Below, in pieces: positions 1 to 8,811 of a stretch of 54,579 bases of DNA. Within the stretch, counting starts at the first letter, position 1. Each line of letters opens with the position of its first letter. The DNA comes from Oscillospiraceae bacterium (GTDB lineage: Bacteria; Bacillota; Clostridia; Oscillospirales; Ruminococcaceae): NCBI GenBank assembly GCA_019413245.1, contig DXNX01000001.1, positions 1 through 54,579 on the forward strand, given 5' to 3'. Made by a program: the position numbers and the translations under genes. Below the pieces are notes generated by a model. It made no database searches. It saw nothing but the letters and a program-made list of their open reading frames with translations, and had not been told where the DNA came from.

Positions 1-849
1 GCTCATGCCTTCGTTCATGCTGCCGAAGTAGCGGATGGCGAAGGTCACCAGACCGATGAAGATACCGTAGATCAGCTTGCCCTTGGTCGTGAAGGGGCTG
101 GTGACGTAGTCGGTGGCCATAAAGACGGCACCGAACAGCAGACCGCCGGCCATGATCTCGGCCACAGCGGCGTGCAGGCTGCCGGTGGCGATCCAGGACA
201 GCACGAAGACCGTGCCCACGATGCTGCCGGGGATGGCAAAACCGATGGTGCCGGTGGCCAGCAGGTAAACCAGACCCAGCAGGATGGCCAGGATGCAGGT
301 CTCACCCATCATGCCGCCGTGCAAGCCCAGGAACAGGTCCATCAGACTGACGGTGGTCTTGTCCACGCTGTCGGCCAGCGGAGTGGCGGTAGCCAGGGCA
401 TCCACCGCCATGTCAGGATAGACATAGGCGGTCATGCGGGCGGTGAAGCTCAGGAACAGCACGATACGGCCGACCAGAGCGGGGTTGGCAAAGTTGAAGC
501 CGATGCCGCCGAACAGTTGCTTGACCACGACGATGGAGACAAACGCACCCACGATGCAGATCCACAGGGGCAGGCCCACCGGGAAGTTCAGTGCCAGGAT
601 CACACCGGTGACGCAGGCGGAAAGGTCGCCCACCGGGTTGGGTTTCTTCATGATCAGGCAGTACAGATATTCAAATGCCACGCAGGCCAGCGTGGTGACG
701 GCCACGGTGAGCAGCGCTTCGTAGCCGAAGATCAGAGCCGATGCGACGATGCAGGGCACCAGGGCCTTGAGGACGTTGCCCATCAGGCTCCGGGTGGTGG
801 AATCGTCCCGGATATGGGGCGAGGCAGTTACGAACAAAACCTGGTCCAT
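1..849 (-). CDS. rnfD: Rnf complex subunit D (3' end runs off the window)
   Basis: Manual translation from ATG at 849: MDQVLFVTASPHIRDDSTTRSLMGNVLKALVP...KQLFGGIGFNFANPALVGR...DALATATPL (FMN-Thr motif); lies 2 bp after the rnfC stop. Confidence 0.95.
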   Translation of the reverse strand, partial: MDQVLFVTASPHIRDDSTTRSLMGNVLKALVPCIVASALIFGYEALLTVAVTTLACVAFEYLYCLIMKKPNPVGDLSACVTGVILALNFPVGLPLWICIVGAFVSIVVVKQLFGGIGFNFANPALVGRIVLFLSFTARMTAYVYPDMAVDALATATPLADSVDKTTVSLMDLFLGLHGGMMGETCILAILLGLVYLLATGTIGFAIPGSIVGTVFVLSWIATGSLHAAVAEIMAGGLLFGAVFMATDYVTSPFTTKGKLIYGIFIGLVTFAIRYFGSMNEGMS

Positions 850-851
850 CG

Positions 852-2186
852 TTACTTACCTCCCTTGCGCATTTCGTTGAGATACCAAGCCTTGGCCTGG
901 GTCACGGCCTGAGAGACCGGGCGCTTGGCCGGGCACACATAGGTGCAGCTGCCGCAGGCCACGCACAGGTCCACGCACAGGCTCTTCAGGGCAGCGGTAT
1001 CCTTCTTGTTGTGATTTTCCACGATGACCACCGGTTCCAGACCCATGGGGCAGGCGCTGATGCACCGGCCGCAGCGGATGCAGGGCTGGGGATCGGGCAG
1101 AACGGCTGCCTTGCGGCTGAACAGCAGCAGGCCGTTGTTCTGCTTGAGCACCGGATAGTCCGCGCTGGGCGAAGCGCCGCCCATCATGGGGCCGCCGAAG
1201 ATGATCTTGCCCAGTTCCACGTCGGGCTTGATGCCGCCGCAGGCTTCGATGACATCCCGGTACAGGGTGCCGATGGGGACTTCGATGTTCTGGGGCTTGG
1301 CAATGGCGTCGCCGTCCACGGTGACACGCTTGCTGACCAGAGGAATACCGGTCTTGAGGTACTTGCCCAGGGTGGACACAGAGGTCACGTTCATGACGAT
1401 GCAGCCGCAGTCAGCGGGCAGACCGGCCTTGCCGGCATCGTTGATCTGGGGCACTTCGCGTCCGGTGCAGGTCTCCACCAGGGTCTTTTCAGCGCCCTGG
1501 GGGTACCGCATGGGCAGCGGCTTGACCGAAACGCCCTTCATGTCGCGGGTCAGCGAGCACATCAGGTCAATGCAGGCCGGCTTGTTGCGCTCGATACCGA
1601 TGATGCAGTTCGGGATCTCGCAGTACTTCATGACCGCCTGGATGCCGGCCAGGATGCTATCACTGCATTCCAGCATTTCCCGGGCGTCGGTGGTCAGGTA
1701 CGGTTCGCACTCGGCCGCGTTGATCAGCAGGGTGTCCACCTTGGCCATGAGCTTGACATGCGTCGGGAAGCCGGCGCCGCCGACACCCACCAGACCGCAG
1801 GCCTTGACGGCCTCCAGCAGGGAGTCCTTATCGGTGACGGTGGGCGGCACGCAGGCCGGGTCAACGGTCTGGTTGCCGTCGCACTGGATGGCCACTGCCT
1901 GGCACACCGGGCCGTTGACCATGCGCATGGGCGCCACGTCAACCACCGTGCCCGACACGCTGGAGTGGATATTGGCACTGACAAAACCGCCGGCTTTGCC
2001 GATCAGGGTGCCAACAAACACCTGATCGCCTTTTTTGACGACGGGTTCCGCTGGAGCACCGATGTGCATCGACATGGGAATCACGACATTTTTGGGCACC
2101 GGCATACGCACGGTGGGCATATCGGCCGTTGATTTCTCATGCGGGACACGGGCGCCTTTGGCGGAGCGCTTCAGGATTTTCAACAT
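852..2186 (-). CDS. rnfC: Rnf complex subunit C
   Basis: HIGAPA, IHSSVSG, GLVGVGGAGFPTHVK, NAAECEPYLT, YPQGAEK, GGPMMG and two CxxCxxCxxxCP motifs; start taken at MLKILK. Confidence 0.95.
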   Translation of the reverse strand: MLKILKRSAKGARVPHEKSTADMPTVRMPVPKNVVIPMSMHIGAPAEPVVKKGDQVFVGTLIGKAGGFVSANIHSSVSGTVVDVAPMRMVNGPVCQAVAIQCDGNQTVDPACVPPTVTDKDSLLEAVKACGLVGVGGAGFPTHVKLMAKVDTLLINAAECEPYLTTDAREMLECSDSILAGIQAVMKYCEIPNCIIGIERNKPACIDLMCSLTRDMKGVSVKPLPMRYPQGAEKTLVETCTGREVPQINDAGKAGLPADCGCIVMNVTSVSTLGKYLKTGIPLVSKRVTVDGDAIAKPQNIEVPIGTLYRDVIEACGGIKPDVELGKIIFGGPMMGGASPSADYPVLKQNNGLLLFSRKAAVLPDPQPCIRCGRCISACPMGLEPVVIVENHNKKDTAALKSLCVDLCVACGSCTYVCPAKRPVSQAVTQAKAWYLNEMRKGGK

Positions 2187-2263
2187 GGATCCTGTTCCCC
2201 CATTCCTTTGTTTCTCTTTTCGGCAGCCTTTTACCACCAAAAAGACAAAATTATACATGATTT

Positions 2264-2292
2264 ATTTTAGTCCGCTTACCTGGACAAGTCAA
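2264..2292 (-). promoter_or_regulatory. SigA-type promoter for rnf operon
   Basis: Minus strand TTGACT-N17-TAAAAT upstream of rnfC. Confidence 0.7.
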
Positions 2293-2379
2293 GGCCGCTC
2301 AGGTGGTCAGATTTTACACAATGTCCATAGTTTGGAAACATTTTTCTGCGGCAGAAAGCCCCTGTTCCCGGGTTTCACA

Positions 2380-2408
2380 TTGCCTTTTGCCAACGGGTGT
2401 GGTATACT
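2380..2408 (+). promoter_or_regulatory. SigA-type promoter for small ORF
   Basis: TTGCCT-N17-TATACT with extended TGn. Confidence 0.7.
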
Positions 2409-2465
2409 GTACGCAAGCTTTTTATGACATTACGCGTCCCGGGCTGTGGGATGGAGGTACGCCAT

Positions 2466-2609
2466 ATGAAAAATCTTCTTAAAATCGTCGCCGCACTGGC
2501 TGTGGCTGCCGGTATTCTGGCCCTGGCCGCCGCCTTTCTGAGCAAGAGCAAACCGGAACCCGCCGAGTACATCACCCTGTACGGCGGCCCGGATGAATCT
2601 GAGGACTGA
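2466..2609 (+). CDS. 47-aa single-pass membrane small protein
   Basis: GGAGGT RBS, MKNLLKIVAALAVAAGILALAAAFLSKSKPEPAEYITLYGGPDESED; has its own promoter and a downstream terminator. Confidence 0.75.
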   Translation: MKNLLKIVAALAVAAGILALAAAFLSKSKPEPAEYITLYGGPDESED

Positions 2610-2683
2610 TCCTCCGTACCGGTCTTCTGCCGCCCTGCATTTGGGCAATATATGCAAGAATTTCGGTGCAAGAAACGCAAAGT

Positions 2684-2728
2684 AAAGCGCGCTCCGCAGG
2701 CTGTGCAGCCAGGCGGGGCGCGCTTTTT
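2684..2728. terminator. Bidirectional intrinsic terminator
   Basis: aaagcgcgctccgc...gcggggcgcgcttttt between the convergent small ORF and glgB. Confidence 0.65.
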
Positions 2729-2759
2729 CGTATGGTGTTTTTATGGTGTTTCGGAGGGG

Positions 2760-4526
2760 TCATTCCAGCCGCAGCAGGACTGCCGAGAACGGTGCCAGCG
2801 TACCGCTCAGCTTGCCGTCGTGAACGGTGCAGGGCGAAGCATCGGGTGGGGTCATTCCGCCGTAGGGCTGCCAGTCGCTGTACAGCAGGGTCTGCATCCC
2901 GGCGGCAGTCACCGGCACCGCAACGTTCTGTGCCTTGTCGCTGAAGTTGAAGGCGGCCGCCACCCGGCGCTGTCCGGCCCGGCGCTCAAACACATACACG
3001 CACTGACTTTCCAGGTGGCAGTCCAGCCACTGGAAGCCGTCGGTGGTTTCGTCCTCCTCCCACAAAGCCGGTTCCTCCAGATACAGCCGGTTGAGGGCTT
3101 GTATATAATGGTAGAAGCCGTCGTGGTTGGGGTAGCGGCGCAGGCACCAGTCCTGTTCCCGGGCCGGGTCCCATTCCCGCAGCTGGCCGATCTCGCTGCC
3201 CATGAAATTCAGCTTCTTGCCGGGGTGGGTCATCATATACAGGTACAGTGCCCGCCCCTGGGGGAACTTACCCTCGTAATCGCCGTTCATCTTCTGCAGA
3301 ATGGTGGCTTTGCCGTGGACCACCTCGTCATGGGAGAAGGGCAGCAGGTACCGTTCCTTATAATAATACATCATGGAGAAGGTCAGCTTGTGGTAGTTGT
3401 CCGGGCGATAGGCCGGGTCGGTCTGCAGGAAGGACAGGGTATCGTGCATCCAGCCCAGGTCCCACTTGTAATCGAATCCCAGTCCCCCCTGCTCGGCAGG
3501 GCGGGTGACGCCTTCATAGCTGGTGGAATCTTCCGCTGCCAGGATACAGCCCGGATGGCGCTGCTTCAGGCCCCTGTTCATGGTACGCAGGAATTCCACG
3601 CCGTTGCCGTTTACGCCCCGGCGTTCATCCCCCTGCCAGTAGATGATGCGGCTGATGGCATCATACCGCAGACCGTCAAAGTGGAACTTTTCCAGCCAGT
3701 AATGTCCGGCCGACTGTAAAAAGCTGCGCACCTCGCCCCGGGAGTGCATGAAGTTGCAGCTGCCCCACTCGCTGACGCCCACATCATTGTGCGGATACTC
3801 ATACAACGCGGTACCGTCATATTTGGCCAGCCCGTACGCATCCAGGGCAAAGTGGGCGGGCACAAAGTCCATGATGACCCCGATGCCCCGGCGGTGGAGC
3901 GTATCCACCAGCGCCATGAGCTGGGCTGCGGTACCGTACCGGCTGGTGGGGGCAAAAAAGCCGGTGATCTGGTAGCCCCAGCTTTCGTCACAGGGATGTT
4001 CCGCCAAAGGCAGAAACTCCACATAGTTATAGCCGCTCTCGCACAGATAATCGGCCAGAGGCTCGGCCAATTCGTCATAGGTATACACGCCACCGTCCGG
4101 TTTGCGCCGCCAGGAACCCATGTGCATCTCGTAGATATTCAGCGGACCACGGCGCCGGTCACTGCGGGTGCGCATCCACCGGGCGTCCCCGAAGGTGTAT
4201 TCGCTCAGGTCCCGCACCACCGACCGATGGTCCGGGCGCAGTTCCATCCCGAATCCGTAGGGGTCGCAGTGGTCGGTATAGCCGCCGTCCCGGGTATGGA
4301 TGCGGTATTCGTAGGGTGTGCCGGGGCCTGCCTCGGGCACGGTCAGCTCATAGAAATTGCCGTCCCCGATTTTGTGCATGGGTAACGGCCGCCCGTCCAG
4401 CAGCAGCTCAATGGCCACCGCCCCCGGTGCAAAGGTGCGGAACACCGTGCCCCCTGTTCCGGGATGGGCGCCCAGGAATTCGTAGGCGTCGAACATCTGA
4501 CCTGTATAGAAACCGTAAAAGTCCAT
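2760..4526 (-). CDS. glgB: 1,4-alpha-glucan branching enzyme (GH13)
   Basis: IYEMHMGSW, SWGYQ, GLRYDAI, AAEDS, FDYKWDLGWMHD, SHDEVVHGK, HPGKKLNFMG. Confidence 0.95.
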   Translation of the reverse strand: MDFYGFYTGQMFDAYEFLGAHPGTGGTVFRTFAPGAVAIELLLDGRPLPMHKIGDGNFYELTVPEAGPGTPYEYRIHTRDGGYTDHCDPYGFGMELRPDHRSVVRDLSEYTFGDARWMRTRSDRRRGPLNIYEMHMGSWRRKPDGGVYTYDELAEPLADYLCESGYNYVEFLPLAEHPCDESWGYQITGFFAPTSRYGTAAQLMALVDTLHRRGIGVIMDFVPAHFALDAYGLAKYDGTALYEYPHNDVGVSEWGSCNFMHSRGEVRSFLQSAGHYWLEKFHFDGLRYDAISRIIYWQGDERRGVNGNGVEFLRTMNRGLKQRHPGCILAAEDSTSYEGVTRPAEQGGLGFDYKWDLGWMHDTLSFLQTDPAYRPDNYHKLTFSMMYYYKERYLLPFSHDEVVHGKATILQKMNGDYEGKFPQGRALYLYMMTHPGKKLNFMGSEIGQLREWDPAREQDWCLRRYPNHDGFYHYIQALNRLYLEEPALWEEDETTDGFQWLDCHLESQCVYVFERRAGQRRVAAAFNFSDKAQNVAVPVTAAGMQTLLYSDWQPYGGMTPPDASPCTVHDGKLSGTLAPFSAVLLRLE

Positions 4527-4668
4527 GGTATTGCCTCCGTTTTATTTGACTGCCGTCCAGTAATTTACTATAATCAATATAGCAGACCTGACAGGGCAGG
4601 ACCATCCGCGGTTTTGCCAAAAGGTACAATACTGGACGCTTTTGAAAAATCGACAAGCGAGGCAATCC

Positions 4669-5208
4669 ATGGACCTGAGAGAAAAAAAGACCCGGCAGAG
4701 CATCCGCAATGCCTTTTTGCAGCTGCGCGCCCACAAACCGTTGGAGCGCATCACCGTGAAGGAGCTGGCCGAGCTGGCCCAGATCAGCAAAGCCACCTTT
4801 TATCTGCACTACCACGACATTTACGATCTATCCGAGCAGATGCAGGACGAGGTCATCCGCATGATGCTGGACAGTCTGGAACAGCCGGACAGTTTCCTCA
4901 CCGACCGCAAGCGGTTTACCCGGGAGCTGTTCGCCTCCTTCATTGCCCACGAGAATCTGACCAACATCCTGTTTTCCGGCAGTCAGGCGGCGGTGCTGCC
5001 CATCCGCATCGAGCGGGGCATCAAGGAACACATCTTTTCCATGATGCCCGAAACGCGCAGCGACGCCCGTTTCAATATTCTGCTGACTTACCAGGTGCAG
5101 GGGGCATATTATGCCTACACCGAAAACCAGCAGAAGTTCAGGGCCGAGCAGGTCCTGGCCGCTCTGGATGAAGTCACCGACCGCATCACCACCAAACCGG
5201 GCAGCTGA
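4669..5208 (+). CDS. TetR/AcrR family regulator
   Basis: N-terminal HTH ITVKELAELAQISKATFYLHY; divergent from glgB. Confidence 0.9.
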   Translation: MDLREKKTRQSIRNAFLQLRAHKPLERITVKELAELAQISKATFYLHYHDIYDLSEQMQDEVIRMMLDSLEQPDSFLTDRKRFTRELFASFIAHENLTNILFSGSQAAVLPIRIERGIKEHIFSMMPETRSDARFNILLTYQVQGAYYAYTENQQKFRAEQVLAALDEVTDRITTKPGS

Positions 5209-5215
5209 GCGCAGC

Positions 5216-5253
5216 AAAAAACGCCGGACCCTGCAAGAGGGTCCGGCGTTTTT
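5216..5253. terminator. Bidirectional intrinsic terminator
   Basis: A6-cgccggaccct/agggtccggcg-T5. Confidence 0.85.
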
Positions 5254-5262
5254 GATGGTGGT

Positions 5263-5949
5263 TCAGATTCCGGCATGTACGCGGCGGGTACCGGGCAGCA
5301 GATGGGCCTTTTCCAGCGCAGGCCGCAGGGCCAGATACAGCACCACGGCACAGACAGTGGACAGCAGCGAGTTGACCAGAGTGACACCGCTGGCGACCTT
5401 GGTCATAGTGGCGGCCAGTTCCACTTCCTGCCCGAAGATATACCGGTTACGGAAGTAGCCGATGAACGGATCGGTGAAGACGTTGACCAGCAGGCCGCTG
5501 AAGGCGCTGCCGGTGACCATGGACAGGTATTTCAGGTCCGGGCCTTTCTTGCGGGCGGGGTGGCGGTCGGCCAGATGGAACAGCCGCTGGCTGGTAACAC
5601 CGCACACCAAACCGATGATGAACTTGAGCAGGAAGGTGGTGACCGCATACCCGGGGTCACCAGCCACCACATCGGCCAGGGACAGGCCGATGGCACCGGC
5701 CAGGCCGCCGGAAACACCGTCCAGCAGCATGGCGGTCAAGGCCGTGAAAGTGTTGCCCAGATGGAAGGACGACCCCGTGCCCAGAATGTTGGGAATCCGG
5801 AAAAACTCATAGGCCACAAAGCTCAGGGCGGCCATCACGCCGATGATGGCGATTTTCTGCACCGTAAAGCGGGTGCGGGACAAAGCCGCGAATACCAGGG
5901 TCAGAACGACCACGCAAAAGAACAAAAGCCAGATCATAGCAGGCTGCAT
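5263..5949 (-). CDS. ECF transporter S component, probably vitamin B6 (PdxU/PanT/HmpT-like)
   Basis: Hydrophobic; IAIIGVMAAL, FHLGN, GLAGAIGLSLAD motifs; divergent from a MocR regulator. Confidence 0.8.
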   Translation of the reverse strand: MQPAMIWLLFFCVVVLTLVFAALSRTRFTVQKIAIIGVMAALSFVAYEFFRIPNILGTGSSFHLGNTFTALTAMLLDGVSGGLAGAIGLSLADVVAGDPGYAVTTFLLKFIIGLVCGVTSQRLFHLADRHPARKKGPDLKYLSMVTGSAFSGLLVNVFTDPFIGYFRNRYIFGQEVELAATMTKVASGVTLVNSLLSTVCAVVLYLALRPALEKAHLLPGTRRVHAGI

Positions 5950-6018
5950 ACAAAACGCTCCCCTCATAGCCGGCAGCGGCGCGGCGCCCTGCGTCTGCCG
6001 GCAGTAATGTTCCCCGGC

Positions 6019-6109
6019 TTGACATTTCTGTGTGCCCGGGGTATGCTCTCATTATAGCCGTTTCTGGCCTTGTGTGAATATCCAGTATTTGATTTTTTCA
6101 TGGGGCCAG
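6019..6109. promoter_or_regulatory. Divergent promoters and MocR/PdxR-type repeats
   Basis: Plus: TTGACA(6019)-N17-TATGCT. Minus: TATAAT (6051-6056) with poor -35. CTGG(CC/AT) hexamers at 6064 (+), 6080 (-) and 6104 (-). Confidence 0.6.
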
Positions 6110-6139
6110 TTTATGCAAACACTCCCCAGGAGGCTCTGT

Positions 6140-7582
6140 ATGATCACCCTGTCGCCCCAAAGCACCACCCCCATGTATGAGCAGCTGTATGCCCAGCTGG
6201 CCGCCGAGATCCGCAGCGGTACCCGTGCCCCGGGCAGTCCCCTGCCCGGCCGCCGCACCATGGCCAACCAGCTGGGGGTGAGCGTAAACACGGTGGATGC
6301 CGCCTACCAGATGCTGGCCGCCGAAGGGCTGGCGGAATCCCGGCCCCGCAGCGGGTTTTATGTGCAGGACACCGGTGGTATGCTCTGCCCGGCGCCGGCG
6401 GCGCCCATCCCCCAGCTGCCGGCGTCCGCCTCCCCTGCCGTGGAAGAACCCAAACCCCGGTACGACCTTTCTACCGGCAGCATCGACACCGAACTGTTCC
6501 CTGCCCGCAGCTGGGGGCGCATCCAGAAAGAACTGCTGTACCAGTCCCCCGAACTGCTGCAGCGCGGTCCCATGCAGGGGGACGAGGACCTGCGGTCCGA
6601 GATTGCCCGGTATCTGGCCGCCTACCGCGGGGTGGTATGTACCCCCGACCAGATCGTGGTGGGGGCAGGTATTGAGTATCTTCTGGGGTGCGTGGCCCAC
6701 CTGTTTGCCGGTTCGGTGGGCGCCGTGGAAAACCCGGGCTATTCCCGCTCCCGCACCGTGCTGGAAAACAGCGGCATCCCCTGCCGGCTGGTGGACATCG
6801 ACAACCACGGTCTGCCCACCGAGGGCCTGGAAGCCTGCGGGGCCAATCTGTGTTATGTGACCCCCAGCCACCACTTTCCCACCGGGGTGACCATGCCGGC
6901 CTGGCGCCGGGCGCAGCTGCTCTCCTGGGCTGCGGCCAGACCGGGGCGGTACATTCTGGAGGACGATTACGACTCGGAATTCCGGTTCAGTACCCGGCCT
7001 TTGCCCAGCCTGCAGGGCATGGCGGGCGCCGACGGGCCGGTGGTGTATCTGACCACCTTCTCCAAAAGTCTGGCTCCCGGCATCCGCATTGCCTGCATGG
7101 TGCTGCCGCCCCATCTGCTGGCCCGGTACCGCCGGGATTTTGCGGTGTACACCAACACGGTCAGCCGGTTTGAACAGCAGACGCTGTGCCGGTTCATGGC
7201 GCAGGGACATTTTACCAGGCACATTGCCCGCATGCGCCTGGCCTACAAGCGGCGGATGGAGACCTTTGCCGCCGCCCTGCGCGCCGGGCTGGGGCCGGAT
7301 CTGGTTCTGGGCGGCACCCATTCCGGTCTGCATTTTCTGCTGACCCTGCCAGGGGCCGGAGGCGAACACGCCATGGTGGCGGCCGCCCGGGCCGAGGGCG
7401 TCCAGCTTCGGGGGCTGAGTGAGTATTATATGGCGCGGCCCGAAACTTGCCGCCCCGACACAGTGGTGGCCGGGTATTCCGGTCTGCGCAGCGAGGATAT
7501 CCCCGCCGTGGCGGCCGCTTTGGGCCGTGCCTGGAACCGTGGGGGTCACTCCACCGCCGTGCCGCCCTCCAGCAAAGACTGA
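6140..7582 (+). CDS. MocR/GabR family PLP-dependent regulator (PdxR-like)
   Basis: GntR wHTH (LPGRRTMANQLGVSVNTVDAAYQML) plus aminotransferase-like domain (YVTPSHHFPTG, ILEDDYDSEFR, TFSKSLAPGIR); AGGAGG RBS. Confidence 0.93.
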   Translation: MITLSPQSTTPMYEQLYAQLAAEIRSGTRAPGSPLPGRRTMANQLGVSVNTVDAAYQMLAAEGLAESRPRSGFYVQDTGGMLCPAPAAPIPQLPASASPAVEEPKPRYDLSTGSIDTELFPARSWGRIQKELLYQSPELLQRGPMQGDEDLRSEIARYLAAYRGVVCTPDQIVVGAGIEYLLGCVAHLFAGSVGAVENPGYSRSRTVLENSGIPCRLVDIDNHGLPTEGLEACGANLCYVTPSHHFPTGVTMPAWRRAQLLSWAAARPGRYILEDDYDSEFRFSTRPLPSLQGMAGADGPVVYLTTFSKSLAPGIRIACMVLPPHLLARYRRDFAVYTNTVSRFEQQTLCRFMAQGHFTRHIARMRLAYKRRMETFAAALRAGLGPDLVLGGTHSGLHFLLTLPGAGGEHAMVAAARAEGVQLRGLSEYYMARPETCRPDTVVAGYSGLRSEDIPAVAAALGRAWNRGGHSTAVPPSSKD

Positions 7583-8427
7583 ACGGTTTCCCGGTCATCG
7601 GCGGTGAGCTGCCAGCCGCCTGCCGCTTTTTGCAACTCCAGCGACTGATAATCCACATGATAGCCGGAGGCACCCGAAAGCCAGGTCAGGGTCTCTTCCA
7701 GCTCGTACAGGTCCTGGGCTTTCAGGTCGGTGAGGGTCCGGCTGCCGGCTCCCCGGGCGCCTTCGGCCAGGCTGGCCAGATTATCCTGGTATTGCCGGAA
7801 AAAGGCAGCCCACAAAGCCCCCCGGCTGCGGGACAAGGTGGTGGGCGTCTGCCCGGGCAGGGCTGCCGCCCGGGTCAGGAAGTCCGCTGCCTGCCCGGCC
7901 GTGAGTTCCACCACCGATTCCGTTTCACAGCCCAGTTCCGCCCGCTCTTCAGCGGTGAACACCGCCGCCGTATCAAACCGTACCGGGTCTTCCAATCCCC
8001 ATATGGCGGAAAACGTATCGGCCGTGGCAGCCAGGTAGGCATCCGGGGCAATGCCCAGGGTCTGCCCCAGCAGTTCCGATGCCCGGGCCGGACCGGCGGA
8101 AAGATAGCACTCCGCCAGGGTGGTGGTGCCTGCGGGGGCCTTCAGGATCAGTTCTCCCGGCAGGGCACAGAACAGTGCGGCCTGTTCGGGGCCATCCAGG
8201 CGCAGCAGCAGAAAAGCCGGCTTGTCGGCCTGCACGGCCAGCAGCAGGCGATGGGTCTGCCTGGCTCCCGCCGGTTCGGCCAGCTGGGATTGTTCGGCGG
8301 CCGCCTGCTGAAGCAGCTGCTGCTCGGTGCGCTGAGACACCAGAAAGACCACCGTGCCCATCATGGGAATGACCAGAAGCAGGGTCAGGACCAGGCTCTG
8401 GAAAAAAAGTCCGCGGCGTTTATGCAT
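7546..8427 (-). CDS. Membrane-anchored LCP (LytR-CpsA-Psr)-like protein, degenerate
   Basis: N-terminal TM helix; FLLLRLD..ALPGEL..TLAECY.AG..LGQTLGIAPDAY resembles the LCP core; AGAGGTG RBS. Confidence 0.6.
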   Translation of the reverse strand: MHKRRGLFFQSLVLTLLLVIPMMGTVVFLVSQRTEQQLLQQAAAEQSQLAEPAGARQTHRLLLAVQADKPAFLLLRLDGPEQAALFCALPGELILKAPAGTTTLAECYLSAGPARASELLGQTLGIAPDAYLAATADTFSAIWGLEDPVRFDTAAVFTAEERAELGCETESVVELTAGQAADFLTRAAALPGQTPTTLSRSRGALWAAFFRQYQDNLASLAEGARGAGSRTLTDLKAQDLYELEETLTWLSGASGYHVDYQSLELQKAAGGWQLTADDRETVQSLLEGGTAVE

Positions 8428-8508
8428 AAAGGACACCTCTTTGCTGCAAAATGTAGTCATAGCTTGGGCAAACAGGCCCGGCCTTATGCAAAAAGGAGGC
8501 AAACGTTT

Positions 8509-8751
8509 ATGTATCATGCACCTTATGGCCCCCGCGGCGCCGAGAGCGAACAGGATGATTTCTGGACCGACATCATGGAAGGCGGCGATATGCTGCCCGG
8601 CATGATGCCCTCTGAACCGGATGTGATGAAGAAGGAACAGTCGGCCCGGAACCAAACCGAGGATACCGAAGACACCGAAACCACCGAGAACCGGGAATGG
8701 TTCGAGATGTCCGACCAGGACGACGAACAGCCGGAAGACAACGACTTCTGA
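8509..8751 (+). CDS. 80-aa very acidic hypothetical protein
   Basis: AAAGGAGG RBS; MYHAPYGPRG...DDEQPEDNDF; followed by a terminator. Confidence 0.75.
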   Translation: MYHAPYGPRGAESEQDDFWTDIMEGGDMLPGMMPSEPDVMKKEQSARNQTEDTEDTETTENREWFEMSDQDDEQPEDNDF

Positions 8752-8762
8752 TTTTTCCGCAG

Positions 8763-8803
8763 AAAAAACGGCGGAGTGCCCGCGCAAGGCACTCCGCCGT
8801 TTT
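8763..8803. terminator. Bidirectional intrinsic terminator
   Basis: aaaaaacggcggagtgcc/ggcactccgccgtttt. Confidence 0.85.
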
Positions 8804-8811
8804 ATTTGTCG

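Noticed and set aside
8656..8692. Short ACCGAR repeats
   Set aside because: They simply encode the low-complexity TED/TET stretch of the acidic protein.
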